Source of the DNA: Eledone cirrhosa | Taxonomy: Eukaryota | DNA: 64,000 nucleotides | Assembly (NCBI GenBank): GCA_964016885.1 | Contig: OZ024759.1 | Span: 11,966,001 to 12,030,000 of the forward strand | Reading direction: 5' to 3' | Shown: positions 28,000 through 43,739 of the stretch, piece by piece | How positions within the stretch are numbered: the stretch's first letter is position 1 | Layout of the letters: every line of letters starts with the position of its first letter | Translations under genes and position numbers: made by a program | Notes under the pieces: model-generated | Seen by the model: only the letters and a program-made list of their open reading frames with translations | What the model was told of the DNA's origin: nothing | Databases searched by the model: none

Positions 28000-29030
28000 T
28001 TGTGACTGATATTATTAGCAATGGAAAGACTAATGGAAACATAGTTTCCTTGGTCTGATCTGATGATCAGCTCCTTTCTTCTGCCAGGAGTTGTGACTGA
28101 CAGACAGTATTAGCAATGGAAAGACTAATGGAAACATAGTTTCCTTGGTCTGATCTGATCATCAGCTCCTTTCCTCTGCCAGGAGTTGTGACTGACAGAC
28201 AGTATTAGCAATGGAAAGACTAATGGAAACATTGTTTCCTTGGTCTGATCTGATCATCAGCTCCTTTCCTCTGCCAGGAGTTGTGACTGACAGACAGTAT
28301 TAGCAATGGAAAGACTAATGGAAACATTGTTTCCTTGGTCTGATCTGATCATCAGCTCCTTTCCTCTGCCAGGAGTTGTGACTGACAGATAGTATTAGCA
28401 ATGGAAAGACTAATGGAAACATTGTTTCCTTGGTCTGATCTGATGATCAGCTCCTTTCCTCTGTCAGGAGTTGTGACTGACAGACAGTATTAGCAATGGA
28501 AAGACTAATGGAAACATTGTTTCCTTGGTCTGATCTGATGATCAGCTCTTTTCTTCTGCCAGGAGTTGTGACTGACAGACAGTATTAGCAATGGAAAGAC
28601 TAATGGAAACATAGTTTCCTTGGTCTGATCTGATGATCAGCTCCTTTCCTCTGCCAGGAGTTGTGACTGACAGACAGTATTAGCAATGGAAAGACCAATG
28701 GAAACATTGTTTCCTTGGTCTGATCTGATGATCAGCTCCTTTCCTCTGCCAGGAGTTGTGACTGACAGACAGTATTAGCAATGGAAAGACTAATGGAAAC
28801 ATTGTTTCCTTGGTCTGATCTGATGATCAGCTCTTTTCTTATACCAGGAGTTGTGACTGACAGACAGTATCAGCAACGGAAAAACCAATGGAAACATTGT
28901 TTCCTTGGTCTGATCTGATGATCAGCTCTTTTCGTTTCATCTGCTGGGAATCACAACTCACAGGTAATAACAGCAATGGAGTCACCAATGGAAACATTGT
29001 TCCTTTGGTCTGATCTGATGATCAGCTTCT
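28000..29030. repeat. 95-bp satellite (~10-11 copies) derived from sequence downstream of an S2 SINE head
   Basis: GGAG at 28087 and 28182; unit resembles the single copy at 2922-2995. Confidence 0.9.
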
Positions 29031-30301
29031 TTTTTTACAATCAGTTCTATCTTGACTAAAACATTTCAAACTATTTAGCTAAAACATTTCTTTCTCTCAA
29101 AACATTGGTGACAACATCATCATCATCATCTATTTACCATAATGTAGTCAGTGAGACTTCAACATACTCTCCTCTTTAAGTGTTTTAAGTCATCTTCTCC
29201 AAACTTTCTCAAACTCCTCTTCTTATCAAATTATATTTTAAGGCAGTGAATTGACATAGTTGTCAGGGAGTCACATTAAATATTTTAATATTTCTTCTGC
29301 CTCTCTGCACTCTCAGTTCAAATCCTGCCAAGGCTAACTTTGCTTTTCCTCCTCCTTTGAGGTTGATAAATAAAGTACCTGTCATGTAATGGGGTCAATT
29401 ATTTCACTAGTTCTCTTTACTATTTCCTCTCTATCACTCTCTCTCTCTCTCTCTTTCCCTGGAGGAAATTAGCTGTGTTCTGACCTGGAGAGGGATGGGC
29501 TCTACCAGGTTTAAAATACCCAAGACACACACTATATGTCAGGATGGCACCCCTAGGTCTTCACCAGAAGCTAAGGGCCCTTTCCTGTTCCTTTCCTAAT
29601 TATTTTTTTAAATAACAAAAACTAAACTTAAGAGGAAAAGATGGAGTTTTTTGTTGTTTTTTTTTTCCTTGTTCTGTTTCCTTAAAAAGTTTAAGATTTT
29701 TTCAACTGAATATTTTTGTACATACGATCTATAAATAATTTCGATTTGTTGTTCATTATTGATTATGGTTACCATTGGGGTTTTTTTTAATCCTTGAAAA
29801 AGTATCAATCTAAAAACTTCAGAAATAAAACACTATAATATTAATTTTTTTTTAATTATTGTAGAGTAGACTGTTAATTTCTTCAATTCTTAACAATTTA
29901 TATTCTTTCTCTCTCATATGTTTTCTAACTCAAACTTTAAATGTATTTTTTGTCTTTGGAAAAAAAAACAAAAAAAAACAAAAAAAAGGTAAGAAATTCT
30001 TCTAAATTTGAAAGTCGGTGGAGCGACAGTCGCATGGAATCATGTTAACTTGTTTAAATGAAACTCATGGAGAAAGATGTGAAACTATTTGTGTCTGTGG
30101 TAACCTTTCTCTGGTCTACTCAATAGCTAAGACAGTTTGGTTTAAACATTTTTTTAAATTAAAATAATTTTTTCTTCCTCTTTCAAAATAATAAAACTTG
30201 CGCTTGAAAAAAACAAAAACAAAAGAACGAAATAAAGAAAAAAATATTTGAATTGTGAAAGAAAATAATTCTTTTTTTTTTAAATTTAATTTTTTTTTCC
30301 T

Positions 30302-32311
30302 CACTGTACTTCAGTAAATAACTCCTCCCCCACCACTGTACTTCAGTAAATAACTCCTCCCCCACCACTGTACTTCAGTAAATAACTCCTCCCCCACCAC
30401 TGTACTTCAGTAAATAACTCCTCCCCCTCCACTGTACTTCAGTAAATAACTCCTCCCCCACCACTGTACTTCAGTAAATAACTCCTCCCCCACCACTGTA
30501 CTTCAGTAAATAACTCCTCCCCCACCACTGTACTTCAGTAAATAACTCCTCCCCCTCCACCGTACTTCAGTAAATAACTCCTCCCCCTCCACTGTACTTC
30601 AGTAAATAACTCCTCCTCCACTGTACTTCAGTAAATAACTCCTCCTCCACTGTACTTCAGTAAATAGTTCCTCCCCCTCCACCATACTTCAGTAAATAAC
30701 TCCTCCCCCACCACTGTACTTCAGTAAATAACTCCTCCCCCACCACTGTACTTCAGTAAATAACTCCTCCCCCACCACTGTACTTCAGTAAATAACTCCT
30801 CCCCCACCACTGTACTTCAGTAAATAACTCCTCCCCCTCCACCGTACTTCAGTAAATAACTCCTCCCCCTCCACTGTACTTCAGTAAATAACTCCTCCTC
30901 CACTGTACTTCAGTAAATAACTCCTCCTCCACTGTACTTCAGTAAATAGTTCCTCCCCCTCCACCATACTTCAGTAAATAACTCCTCCCCCTCCACTGTA
31001 CTTCAGTAAATAACTCCTCCCCCACCACTGTACTTCAGTAAATAACTCCTCCCCCACCACTGTACTTCAGTAAATAACTCCTCCCCCTCCACTGTACTTC
31101 AGTAAATAACTCCTCCTCCACTGTACTTCAGTAAATAGTTCCTCCCCCTCCACCATACTTCAGTAAATAACTCCCCCTCCTCCACTGTACTTCAGTAAAT
31201 AACTCCTCCCCCACCACTGTACTTCAGTAAATAACTCCTCCCCCTCCACTGTACTTCAGTAAATAACTCCTCCCCCTCTGTACTTCAGTAAATAACTCCT
31301 CCCCCTCCACTGTACTTCAGTAAATAACTCCTCCCCCACCACTGTACTTCAGTAAATAACTCCTCCCCCTCCACTGTACTTCAGTAAATAACTCCTCCCC
31401 CTCCACCATACTTCAGTAAATAACTCCCCCTCCTCCACTGTACTTCAGTAAATAACTCCTCCCCCACCACTGTACTTCAGTAAATAACTCCTCCCCCACC
31501 ACTGTACTTCAGTAAATAACTCCTCCCCCTCCACTGTACTTCAGTAAATAACTCCTCCTCCACTGTACTTCAGTAAATAACTCCTCCCCCACCACTGTAC
31601 TTCAGTAAATAACTCCTCCCCCACCACTGTACTTCAGTAAATAATTCCTCCCCCACCACTGTACTTCAGTAAATAACTCCTCCCCCTCCACCGTACTTCA
31701 GTAAATAACTCCTCCCCCACCACTGTACTTCAGTAAATAACTCCTCCCCCTCCACTTGTACTTCAGTAAATAACTCCTCCTCCACTGTACTTCAGTAAAT
31801 AACTCCTCCCCCACCACTGTACTTCAGTAAATAACTCCTCCCCCTCCACTGTACTTCAGTAAATAACTCCTCCCCCACCACTGTACTTCAGTAAATAACT
31901 CCTCCCCCACCACTGTACTTCAGTAAATAACTCCTCCCCCACCACTGTACTTCAGTAAATAACTCCTCCCCCACCACTGTACTTCAGTAAATAACTCCTC
32001 CTCCTCCACTGTACTTCAGTAAATAACTCCTCCCCCTCCACTGTACTTCAGTAAATAACTCCTCCCCCACCACTGTACTTCAGTAAATAACTCCTCCCCC
32101 ACCACTGTACTTCAGTAAATAACTCCTCCTCCTCACTGTACTTCAGTAAATAACTCCTCCCCCACCACTGTACTTCAGTAAATAACTCCTCCCCCACCAC
32201 TGTACTTCAGTAAATAACTCCTCCCCCTCCACCGTACTTCAGTAAATAACTCCTCCCCCTCCACTGTACTTCAGTAAATAACTCCTCCCCCTCCACTGTA
32301 CTTCAGTAAAT
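30302..32311. repeat. 32-bp satellite (~63 copies, 29-bp variants)
   Basis: CACTGTACTTCAGTAAATAACTCCTCCCCCWC. Confidence 0.97.
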
Positions 32312-33060
32312 CTCCCCCTCCCCTCCTATTGGTTATGTCAGTTAATTTAATGCTGGATATCCAAAAAAAAATGGAAAAGAAAAAAAATTTAAAATCTTTC
32401 TTTATTTTAAGCTTTAATCAGTCGATTATTTTCTGGTTAAAGACCGCTAAAACCTGTGGTGGGCCCCTTGCTGTAAAATGCCCTCATTAAACTAATGAGC
32501 CTGTCTTATAAGGTAACATATTCCTAGTTGGTGCCATTTCTCTCCACAACCATCTCGAATATAAAAGCCTCTTGCAATTTCTCTTCCCTTACCCTAAGAT
32601 AAAGAATCCATTCGGCTTCATGCCTAAATAATACAGATAACTGATTAATTAATTAAATTAATTAATTGCAATTAAATTTAATCTTATTCTATTTGAACAT
32701 TTAAAAAAGATATTTTTACTTTTCTTTTTCCTTACCTTTTTTTTCCCCGTTTTTTTTTTTCCTTTTTTCTGTTCTTCAACTTGAAGTAATCCATATTGAT
32801 ATTGTCACTAAAGGAGAAAATAATTGAAATTAAAGCAATGTAATGGTGCAAAGGATGAACTGTAAACAAAACATATAAAAAAAAAGGAAGAAAAAAAGAT
32901 AAACATATTGTTATTATTTTCATTGTATTTTCATCAATTTTTGAAAACAAAAAACAAAAAAAAAAAATGAAAAGAAAGATTATTCATTAAATGTTTGTGA
33001 ATTTGGGATTCCTGTTTTTTTAAATTCTCTCGATTGGGTGCATGAAAAACATAATATATG

Positions 33061-33139
<79 letters not shown>

Positions 33140-33236
33140 GCATCTCATCAAAGTCTACAACTGAAGAAAAAATATACACACACACATATATATAATATGT
33201 ATATATATATATACATATACATATATATATACATGC

Positions 33237-33285
<49 letters not shown>

Positions 33286-33347
33286 TATATATATATATAT
33301 ACACATATATATAGATATATATATACATATATATATACATATATATT

Positions 33348-33379
<32 letters not shown>

Positions 33380-33430
33380 CATATATACATACATACTTAT
33401 ATATATATACATATATACATACATACACAC

Positions 33431-33616
<186 letters not shown>

Positions 33617-33729
33617 GTATATATATATATATACATATGTATATATATATATATACATATGTATGTATACATATGTATATAACAAAAAGTATGAGGCTTT
33701 ATGGATGATGTTGGGCACTGCAGGAAAAA

Positions 33730-33773
<44 letters not shown>

Positions 33774-34009
33774 ACATTAGAAAATTATATTTAAAAAAAG
33801 AACAAAAAAAAAACAATAACAACAAAAAGAAGTAAAAAAAAAAAAAGAAAAACAATGCAAAATAATTAATTGAAAGAGATTCTCGAAATAGAGTTTTATT
33901 GAATTTAATATTTTGAAATTGTTTAAAACTCATTTCAAAAACAAACAAAATAAAACGAAAACAAAAAAAAAAACGAAAAAGGAAAACAAAAGGAAGACGT
34001 AAGGAAAAG

Positions 34010-34150
34010 TTATGTGGTGAAGAAATGTGTAATGGTTGATATGTGGTGAGGAAATGTGTTATGGTTGATATGTGGTGAGGAAATGTGTAATGGTTGATAT
34101 GTGGTGAGGAAATGTGTTATGGTTGATATGTGGTGAGGAAATGTGTTATT
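34010..34150. repeat. 29-bp minisatellite
   Basis: gtggtgaggaaatgtgtwatggttgatat, ~4.5 copies. Confidence 0.9.
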
Positions 34151-34875
34151 TTCACAGTTATTTGTACAACTTAGATATGTATTGGGATGAGAGAGGAGAG
34201 AGAGATGGAGTGTGAGAGAGGATGAGAAGATAAAACAAGATGGGAGTGAAATATTAGAGAGAGTGAGATACTGAGAGAGAGGGAGAGAGAGAGAGTGTGT
34301 GAGATACTGAGAGAGAGGGAGAGAGAGATGGGGTTTGCTAAGGTTTTAAACAATAAATAATTCTAGCTTGAAAAGACTCGACTGTTACAAAATCTTAGTA
34401 AAAACCAATTCAACAAATTTTTTAAATTAATAAAAAATATTATAAATGGGGAGATTACAACAACAACAACAGAAAGAATTTGTTGTTATAAAACTGTTCT
34501 CTTTTAGAACGTGGCACACTTGTTGTTGCTTTTTCTGCCCTTCTTCCCCTCCCTTCCACCCTGGGGCGGCAGGGGAGTCTCAGACCTTGTTTCATTTTAT
34601 TTTGTTTTGTTTTTTTTTTTGGTTTGCTTGTTGAAGAGTTATCTTCTAATTCCCATCCCCGCCGGCCCCCCACCCCACACACACATTCCTCCCCTCTTCC
34701 TGCCCACACATTCCCCCCCCCCTCCTACTCTCTAAAACAGAATAATACCTTGTTGTGATTTCTAAGATGTAAACAACGCCCCTTCACCCCTTTCCTCATA
34801 ACCCCCCCCCCCCCCATCCTAGAAGATATAAAATACTGAAAAGAAAAATGGAAGTTAAATAAATAAATATGTATA

Positions 34876-34944
<69 letters not shown>

Positions 34945-34973
34945 ATATATATATATATATATGTGTATATATA

Positions 34974-35024
<51 letters not shown>

Positions 35025-35033
35025 ATATATATA

Positions 35034-35074
<41 letters not shown>

Positions 35075-35083
35075 ATATATATA

Positions 35084-35142
<59 letters not shown>

Positions 35143-35153
35143 ATATATATATA

Positions 35154-35196
<43 letters not shown>

Positions 35197-35200
<4 letters not shown>

Positions 35201-35372
35201 GTAGAACACTGGAAGGTAATATCCGTAGTGCCAGAGCACTCAGTCCATGGGACGAGTTTGGTAGAAGTAGTAACACAACAGTTAGTTCCCTTACGGAGAA
35301 CAATTGTTTCACCTTAGTGGATTCCAAGCTGAAGATCTGCTAAGGTGAACTAACTGTTGTGTAACCACTTCT
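35197..35372. mobile_element. Small fold-back with hammerhead parts split between arms
   Basis: CTGAAGA on + (35329), GAAACAATTGTT on minus; tail hairpin 35235-35257. Confidence 0.6.
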
Positions 35373-35423
35373 ATATATATATATGTATGTGTGTGTGTAT
35401 ATATATATGTGTGTGTGTGTGTG

Positions 35424-35480
<57 letters not shown>

Positions 35481-36188
35481 ATATATATATATATGTATGT
35501 ATGTGTGTGTGTGTATATATATATATATATGTATGTATGTATGAATGTGTGTGCATATATATATGTATGCATATATATATATGTATGTATGTGTGTGCAT
35601 ATATATATATATATGTAAGTATGTGTATGCATATATATATATATGTATGTATGTGTATGCATATATATATATATATATGTATGTATGTGTATGCATATAT
35701 CTATCTATATATATATATATGTATGTATATGTGTGCATATATATATGTATGTGTGTATATATGTATATGTGCGTGTGTATTATATATAAATGTATATATA
35801 TATGTGTATATATACATGTGTATATATATGTGTATATATATATATATGTATAGTATACATATAAATATATATATAGATATATATGTATGTATACATATGT
35901 GTGTGTGTATATATATATATGTATTATGTATTTATATATATATATGTATGTATGTATATATATATATGTATTTATACATGTGTGTGTGTGTATATATATA
36001 TGTATGCATATATTTATATGTATATATATGCATTTATATAGATATGTATATATATGTATGTATATATAAATGTATGTATATATATGTATTTATATATATG
36101 TATTTATATATATGTATTTATATATATATGTATATATATATGTATGCATTTACATATGTATATATATATATATAAATGTATGCATATA

Positions 36189-36231
<43 letters not shown>

Positions 36232-36234
<3 letters not shown>

Positions 36235-36720
36235 GAATAAGGAAATACAAAGTTTAGATGATAAAGTCCTTTATTCATTAGGCTGTTATACATATTTCTA
36301 CGACAACAAATGGTTACACAATACAATGGACAAGCTGGTACCAGGATCTCCTCAGAAAGCTTCTTACATCATAAAGTTACAACCAAGGAGATAATCCAGA
36401 ATTGAAGTGACAAAGGAAACGGCCAAACAGCGGTGTTTGTTAATCAAATGTCCGTTCCACAAGGGAATTGGACATTCGTCACTTCAAGACTGGATTACCT
36501 CCTTGGTTGTAACTTTATGATGTAAGAAGCTTTCTGGGAAGACCCTGGCACCAGTTTCTACATTGTATTGTGTAACTATTTGTTGTCGTAGAAATATGTA
36601 TAACAGCCTAATGAGTAAAGAACTTTATCACCTATACTTTGTATTTCCTTATTCTAAAAATACTCCGTCACTCCTGTGAGGAAAATAGATGTTAAGTTTT
36701 TTAATTAAATTATATCAATA
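36232..36720. mobile_element. Fold-back family J (~180-bp arms) with long-stem-II hammerhead (36282-36360, minus)
   Basis: Arms ~36232-36413 and ~36475-36657; gcttt-CTGAGGA..GAAA-tatgt-ATA-acagc. Confidence 0.8.
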
Positions 36721-36747
36721 TTATTTAAATATGTATCTATGTATGCA

Positions 36748-36780
<33 letters not shown>

Positions 36781-36784
36781 TTAT

Positions 36785-37081
36785 TTTTATTTAAGAGTTA
36801 AACAATATTCAATGAGTACATCAAAGAATGAGTTTTACAATAGATCGGAAGCACTCTACAGTAAATATTTTCCAGAGATTATTAATATTAATTCCAAATA
36901 TTAACAAAACAGATATTCTTGTGATCAATAAAATTTATTATACAGATTTCAGAGGTACTGAGTTAAGTTCAACAGTACGTCCTCATCATATAAAATTTGT
37001 TGAACTTAATTCAGTACCTCTGAAATATGTATAATAAAATTTAATCGATCACAAGAATATCTATTTTGTTAATATTTGGAA

Positions 37082-37087
<6 letters not shown>
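36785..37087. mobile_element. Fold-back related to families C/I with degenerate hammerhead (minus, ~36930-36997)
   Basis: Arms ~36884-36973 and ~36997-37087; tttat-ATGATGA-ggacgtactg..cagtacctct-GAAA-tctgt-ATA-ataaa. Confidence 0.8.
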
Positions 37088-37121
<34 letters not shown>

Positions 37122-38159
37122 TGTATATACATATAAATGTATATATATATATGTATATATATACATATAAATGTATATGTATGTATATACATATAAATGT
37201 ATATGTATGTATGTATATATAAATGTATATGTATGTATATAAATATACAAATAAATGTATATGTATGTATATATATATACATATAAATGTAAATGTATGT
37301 ATGTATATATATATATATACATATAAATGTATATGTATGTATGTATATATATATACATATAAATCTATATGTATGTATATATATATATACATATAAATGT
37401 ATATGTATATATATATATATATACATATAAATGTATATGTATGTATGTATATAAATATACAAATAAATGTATATGTATGTATGTATATATATATACATAT
37501 AAATGTATATGTATGTATGTATGTATATATATATACATATAAATGTATATGTATGTATGTATATATATATACATATAAATGTATATGTATGTATATATAT
37601 ATATACATATAAATGTATATGTATGTATATATATACATATAAATGTATATGTATGTATATATTTATATATACATATAAATATATTTGTATATATATACAT
37701 ATAAATGTATATGTATGTATATATTTATATATTTATATATACATATAAATATATATGTATGTATGTATATACATGTAAATATATATTTTGTATATATATA
37801 TATATATATAAATATATATGTATGTATGTATATATATACATATGTATATACACACACACAAGCATATATATGTTTGTATATATACATATATATATAATTA
37901 AGAAAATAAATTAATTTTAAAATGCTAATATATTGTTATCAAGAATTAAATTAAATTTAAAAAATAATAAACAACATAAAAAGAATTGAAAGAAAAAAAC
38001 AACAATAATAATAACAATAAATAATGCTTTTTTTTTTTGAGAAAAAAACACTTTTCTGGGATAATTTCTGGGGTTTTATTGTTTTATTAATTTTTTGTGT
38101 TACTAATTTAAAAAAAAAACTAACAACAAAAATAATAAAACTAAATGTTATTTACATTC

Positions 38160-38192
<33 letters not shown>

Positions 38193-38884
38193 TGACGTGT
38201 TCATTTATTGATTATTGAGAAGATAAACACAAATGATTTCCTCATTTTTCCATGTTGGAATAACATTATTTACATTTTGATTGAATTGAGGATTGATCGA
38301 TTTGATAGGTTATCGATCTATTTTATTGGTTATCGATCGATTTAATTGGTTATCGGTCGATTTAATAGGTTGTCGATCGATTTGATGGATTATCGATCGA
38401 TTTGATTGATTATCGATTTATTTAATTGATAACTAAATTATTTGAGTGATTATTGAGTTTGTTGATTACAGATTTAATTCACTGAATGATTGGGTGTTTA
38501 TTGATTGATCTGATTGATTTTATTGATTATTGATTTCATTCATTGATTGGTTGAGTGATTGAGTGATTTGGTATTGTTTTGTTGTTCATCTTTTTTCTCA
38601 CTTTTTATCCCTCTTCATGTTGTCCCCCTCCTGCCAGACCCCACCACCGCCCCCACTATCTGGTGTCCACACCCCCACCACCACCACCACCTGGTCTCCA
38701 CACCACTACCTGGTCTCCACCACCACTACCATCTGGTCTCCACCACCACCACCACCATCTGGTCTCCACCACCACCACCTGGTCTCCACACACCACCCCC
38801 ACCATCTGGTCACCACCACCCCACCCCCACCACCATATTATCTCCACACACCCCACCACCTCTTTCTATCTATCTATCTATGTG

Positions 38885-39045
38885 AAAAATTCAGGACTCC
38901 AATGGCTGAGCTCCAGCTGTTGAAACAGCCAGAGCTCAGCCGTCGGGCTCTTGAATCCTTCATATTACCCACTCTACTACCCAAAGTATCAAGTACTCTG
39001 GTGAGTAATGGTCTAAGTGGTTTTTACCGCCTCCATTCTTATCTA
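38885..39045 (+). mobile_element. Old diverged copy of family D
   Basis: GAAAcagccagagctcagccGTCggg..tattacccactctactaccc.aagtat..agtactctggtgag matches family D. Confidence 0.75.
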
Positions 39046-39209
39046 CCCATTCCATCAACATCTTCCTAAGTACTCTCCTCATACACCACCACCACCCTTA
39101 CCAGCCCACACTTACCAACCACCACCCTTACCACCCCACCCTTACCAACCACCTTTATGTCTGGAACCAAAAAAATGAAAAAATTATGTTATATATTTTT
39201 TTTTCAAGC

Positions 39210-40148
39210 AGGTAAGCTAATCTTGTTACAGGTGTGCTAATCCTGTTACAGGTAAGCTAATCTTGTTACAGGTAAGCTAATCCTGTTACAGGTGTGCTAA
39301 TCTTGTTACAGGTAAGCTAATCCTGTTACAGGTGTGCTAATCTTGTTACAGGTAAGCTAATCCTGTTACAGGTGTTCTAATCCTGTTACAGGTGTTCTAA
39401 TCCTGTTACAGGTAAGCTAATCCTGTTACAGTTGTGCTAATCTTGTTACAGGTGTGTTAATCCTGTTACAGGTAAGCTAATCTTGTTACAGGTGTTCTAA
39501 TCTTGTTACAGGTGTGTTAATCCTGTTACAGGTAAGCTAATCTTGTTACAGGTAAGCTAATCTTGTTACATGTGTGCTAATCCTGTTACAGGTGTGCTAA
39601 TCCTGTTACAGGTATGCTAATCCTGTTACAGGTGTGCTAATCTTGTTACAGGTAAGCTAATCTTGTTACAGGTGTGTTAATCCTTTTACAGGTAAGCTAA
39701 TCTTGTTACAAGTAAGCTAATCCTGTTGCAAGTAAGCTAATCATGTTACAGATGTGTTAATCCTGTTACAGGTAAGCTAATCCTGTTACAGGTGTGCTAA
39801 TTTTGTTACAGGTGTGCTAATCTTGTTACAGGTAAGCTAATCCTGTTGTAGGTAAGCTAATCTTGTTACAGGTAAGCTAATCTTGTTACAGGTAAGCTAA
39901 TCTTGTTACAGGTGTGTTAATCCTGTTACAGATGCACTAATCCTTTTACAGGTAAGCTAATCCTGTTGCAGGTAAGCTAATCATGTTACAAATGTGTTAA
40001 TCCTGTTACAGGTAAGCTAATCCTGCTACAGGTATGTTAATCCTATGACAGGTATGCTAATCTTGTTAGAGGTGTGCTAATCTTGTTACAGGTGTGTTAA
40101 TCCTGTTATAGGTGTGCTAATCCTGTTACAGGTAAGCTAATCCTGTTA
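39210..40148. repeat. 20-bp minisatellite (~47 copies)
   Basis: AGGTAAGCTAATCYTGTTAC and AGGTGTGCTAATCYTGTTAC variants. Confidence 0.97.
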
Positions 40149-40387
40149 GATTGGGTTTAAAAATAATTAGAAAAAATATATTTAAAAAAAGAGATAGAAA
40201 GAAGGAAAAAAAGAAAAACAAAAGAAAATAAGCAAACAAAAAACAACAAAAAACAAGAAAAACTAGAAAAGAAGCATCTTTAGTGTTGTTCTTCTAGTTG
40301 TCGTGTCTCAATTCACATGGCTCACTACACCAGGTCTAATGTTTTATATGTCTTCCTTCTTTATATAGACATATGTATACATATATA

Positions 40388-40445
<58 letters not shown>

Positions 40446-40807
40446 CATATACATTAGTACATGCATATATGTATACATGCATACACATACACACACACAT
40501 ATATATATATATATATGTATATGTATACATGCATACACTCATATATATATGTATATACACATGCATACATATATATATATACATGCATATATATATATAT
40601 ACATGCATATATATATATATATATACATGCATATATATATATATATACATGCATACATATATATATACATGCATATATATATATATACATGCATACATAT
40701 ATATATATATATACATATATACATATATATATACATATATATATATATATACATGCATATATATATACATGCATACATATATATATATATACATATATAT
40801 ATACATG

Positions 40808-40851
<44 letters not shown>

Positions 40852-40920
40852 AATATATATATATATATACATATATACATATATATATATATACATACAT
40901 ATATATATATACATATATAT

Positions 40921-40992
<72 letters not shown>

Positions 40993-41154
40993 CTGTATGT
41001 GGTTGACAGCTGACAGAAAGTAGTACTCATGCCAAAGTTTATTAGGACTAAACAGTGAGTCTTGTTTATTGGACAAGAACAGATAACCTGTGACAAACAG
41101 GTGAAGCTCCAGTGTGACAAGACAATTTAGACTTAATAAAATAAGTATGTATAT

Positions 41155-41212
<58 letters not shown>

Positions 41213-41213
<1 letters not shown>

Positions 41214-41406
41214 AGGAAAATGTTTGACCCCGACAGCAGAGCTCAAGCCATTTCGACGGCTATTTCTGGACTTGAAACAGCCGTCGAAACGGCTTGAGCT
41301 CTGCCGTCAAGGTCAAACTTTTTCCTATTGCCCACTCTACTACCCTAAGTATTGAGTACTCTGGTGCGTTATGGGTCCATCTGGTTCTTTACCACACCTC
41401 CTTCAT

Positions 41407-41467
<61 letters not shown>

Positions 41468-41937
41468 CGAAGGAAATGTGGTAAGGAACCAGGTGGACCA
41501 TAACGCACCAAAGTACTCAATACTTGAGGTAGTAGAGTGGGTAATAGGAACCAGTAAGACCCCGACAGCTGAGCTCAAGCCGTTTCGACGGCTAATTCTG
41601 CTGTCGGGGTCTTACTGGTTCCTATATATATAGGAACAAGTAGGACCCCGACGGCAGAGCTCAAGCCGTTTCGACAGCTAATTCTGGACTAAATAAGAAT
41701 TTTTAGCCTGGTAAATAAATAGCCGAACTTCTCAGGGGGTAATTCCTTATATGGGAAGATAGTAATTGTCAAGCTAATTACCAGGCTAAAAATTCTTCTT
41801 TAGTCCAGAATTAGCCGTCAAAACGGCTTGAGCTCTGCCGTCGGGGTCATACTTGTCCTATTATCCACTCTACTACCCTAAGTATTGAGTACTCTGGTGC
41901 GTTATGGTCCATCTGGTTCTTTACCACACTTCCTTCG

Positions 41938-41940
<3 letters not shown>
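41213..41940. mobile_element. Cluster of three family D fold-back units
   Basis: Units 41213-41407 (+), 41465-41624 (-) and 41631-41940 (+), separated by (TA)n. Confidence 0.9.
41645..41740 (-). ncRNA. Family D hammerhead with long stem II (core CTGAGAA, GUC site)
   Basis: acccc-CTGAGAA-gttcggctattt..aattagctgtc-GAAA-cggc ttgagctct gccg-TC-ggggt. Confidence 0.7.
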
Positions 41941-42020
<80 letters not shown>

Positions 42021-42118
42021 CCTTAGATTGGATATATACATATACATGTATATATATATATGTATATATATATATAGGCCTTAGATTGGATATATGTATA
42101 TATATATATGTATATATG

Positions 42119-42188
<70 letters not shown>

Positions 42189-42306
42189 TGTGTATATATA
42201 TATAGGCCTTAGATTGGATATATACATATATGTATATATATATATGTATGGATATATGTATGTATATATATATATATATGTATATATATATACATATATA
42301 TATATG

Positions 42307-42433
<127 letters not shown>

Positions 42434-42434
42434 G

Positions 42435-42585
<151 letters not shown>

Positions 42586-43343
42586 GTATATATCCAATCT
42601 AAGGTCTTCTCAGTCCTGCTGAAGAAAACCCCTCCCTGGTTGAACCCCACCGATGTCTGTTACATTTTGGTCGTGTCTTTTGGGGTGAAGCCATACTCAC
42701 CATGCTTGGCCAATTGAGGCTTAGTGAGGGTATATGTATATATATGTATATATATATATGTGTATGTATATGTATATATACATATATATATGTATATATG
42801 TATATGTATACATATATATATGTATATGTATACATATATATATGTATGTATACATATATATATAATTGTATATGTATGTATACATATATATATATATGTG
42901 TATGTATATATATGTATATGTATGTATACATATATATATATATGTGTATGTATATATATGTATATGTATGTATACATATATATATATATGTGTGTGTATG
43001 TATACATATATATATATATGTGTGTGTATGTATACATATATATATATATGTGTGTGTGTATGTATACATATATATATATATATGTGTGTGTATGTATACA
43101 TATATATATATATATATATGTGTGTGTATGTATACATATATATATATGTGTGTGTATGTATACATATATATGTGTGTATACATATATACGTGCATGTGTA
43201 TATGTATACATATATATGTGCGTGCATGTATGTATGCATATGTGTATGTGCATATATATATATATGTGTGTATATATGTATGTGTGTGAACTGAAAAAAT
43301 AAATCTAAAACAACATATATAATTTAACAACAACAACAGTAAC

Positions 43344-43377
<34 letters not shown>

Positions 43378-43511
43378 GTTATTATTATTGTTATTGTTAT
43401 TTTCTTGTTTTAAATTTCAAATTTTAAAAGCCTAAAAAAATATATAAAAATCCTACAGAGGAAATATATATATATATACATACATACAAATATATATATA
43501 TATTTATATAT

Positions 43512-43564
<53 letters not shown>

Positions 43565-43739
43565 CATACATACATATATATATATATATACATACATATA
43601 TATTTATATATATATATATATATACATATACACATACATTATACATATATATATATTTATACATACATATATACATACATATATGATTCAACTAAATAAT
43701 TAAGGTAAAAAAAAATAAATAAACAGACCAAACCAAACC

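Noticed and set aside
28060-28930. CTGATGA and GAAAC in the 95-bp satellite as tandem hammerheads
   Set aside because: GAAA does not directly follow the hairpin after CTGATGA, no stem I/III frame could be built, and several units read CTGATCA.
28000-32311. 95-bp and 32-bp arrays as CRISPR arrays
   Set aside because: Head-to-tail units without unique spacers, no cas genes, eukaryotic context.
38559-39069. Pro/His/Thr-rich ORFs
   Set aside because: Derived from a CCA-rich degenerate repeat plus an old family D copy.
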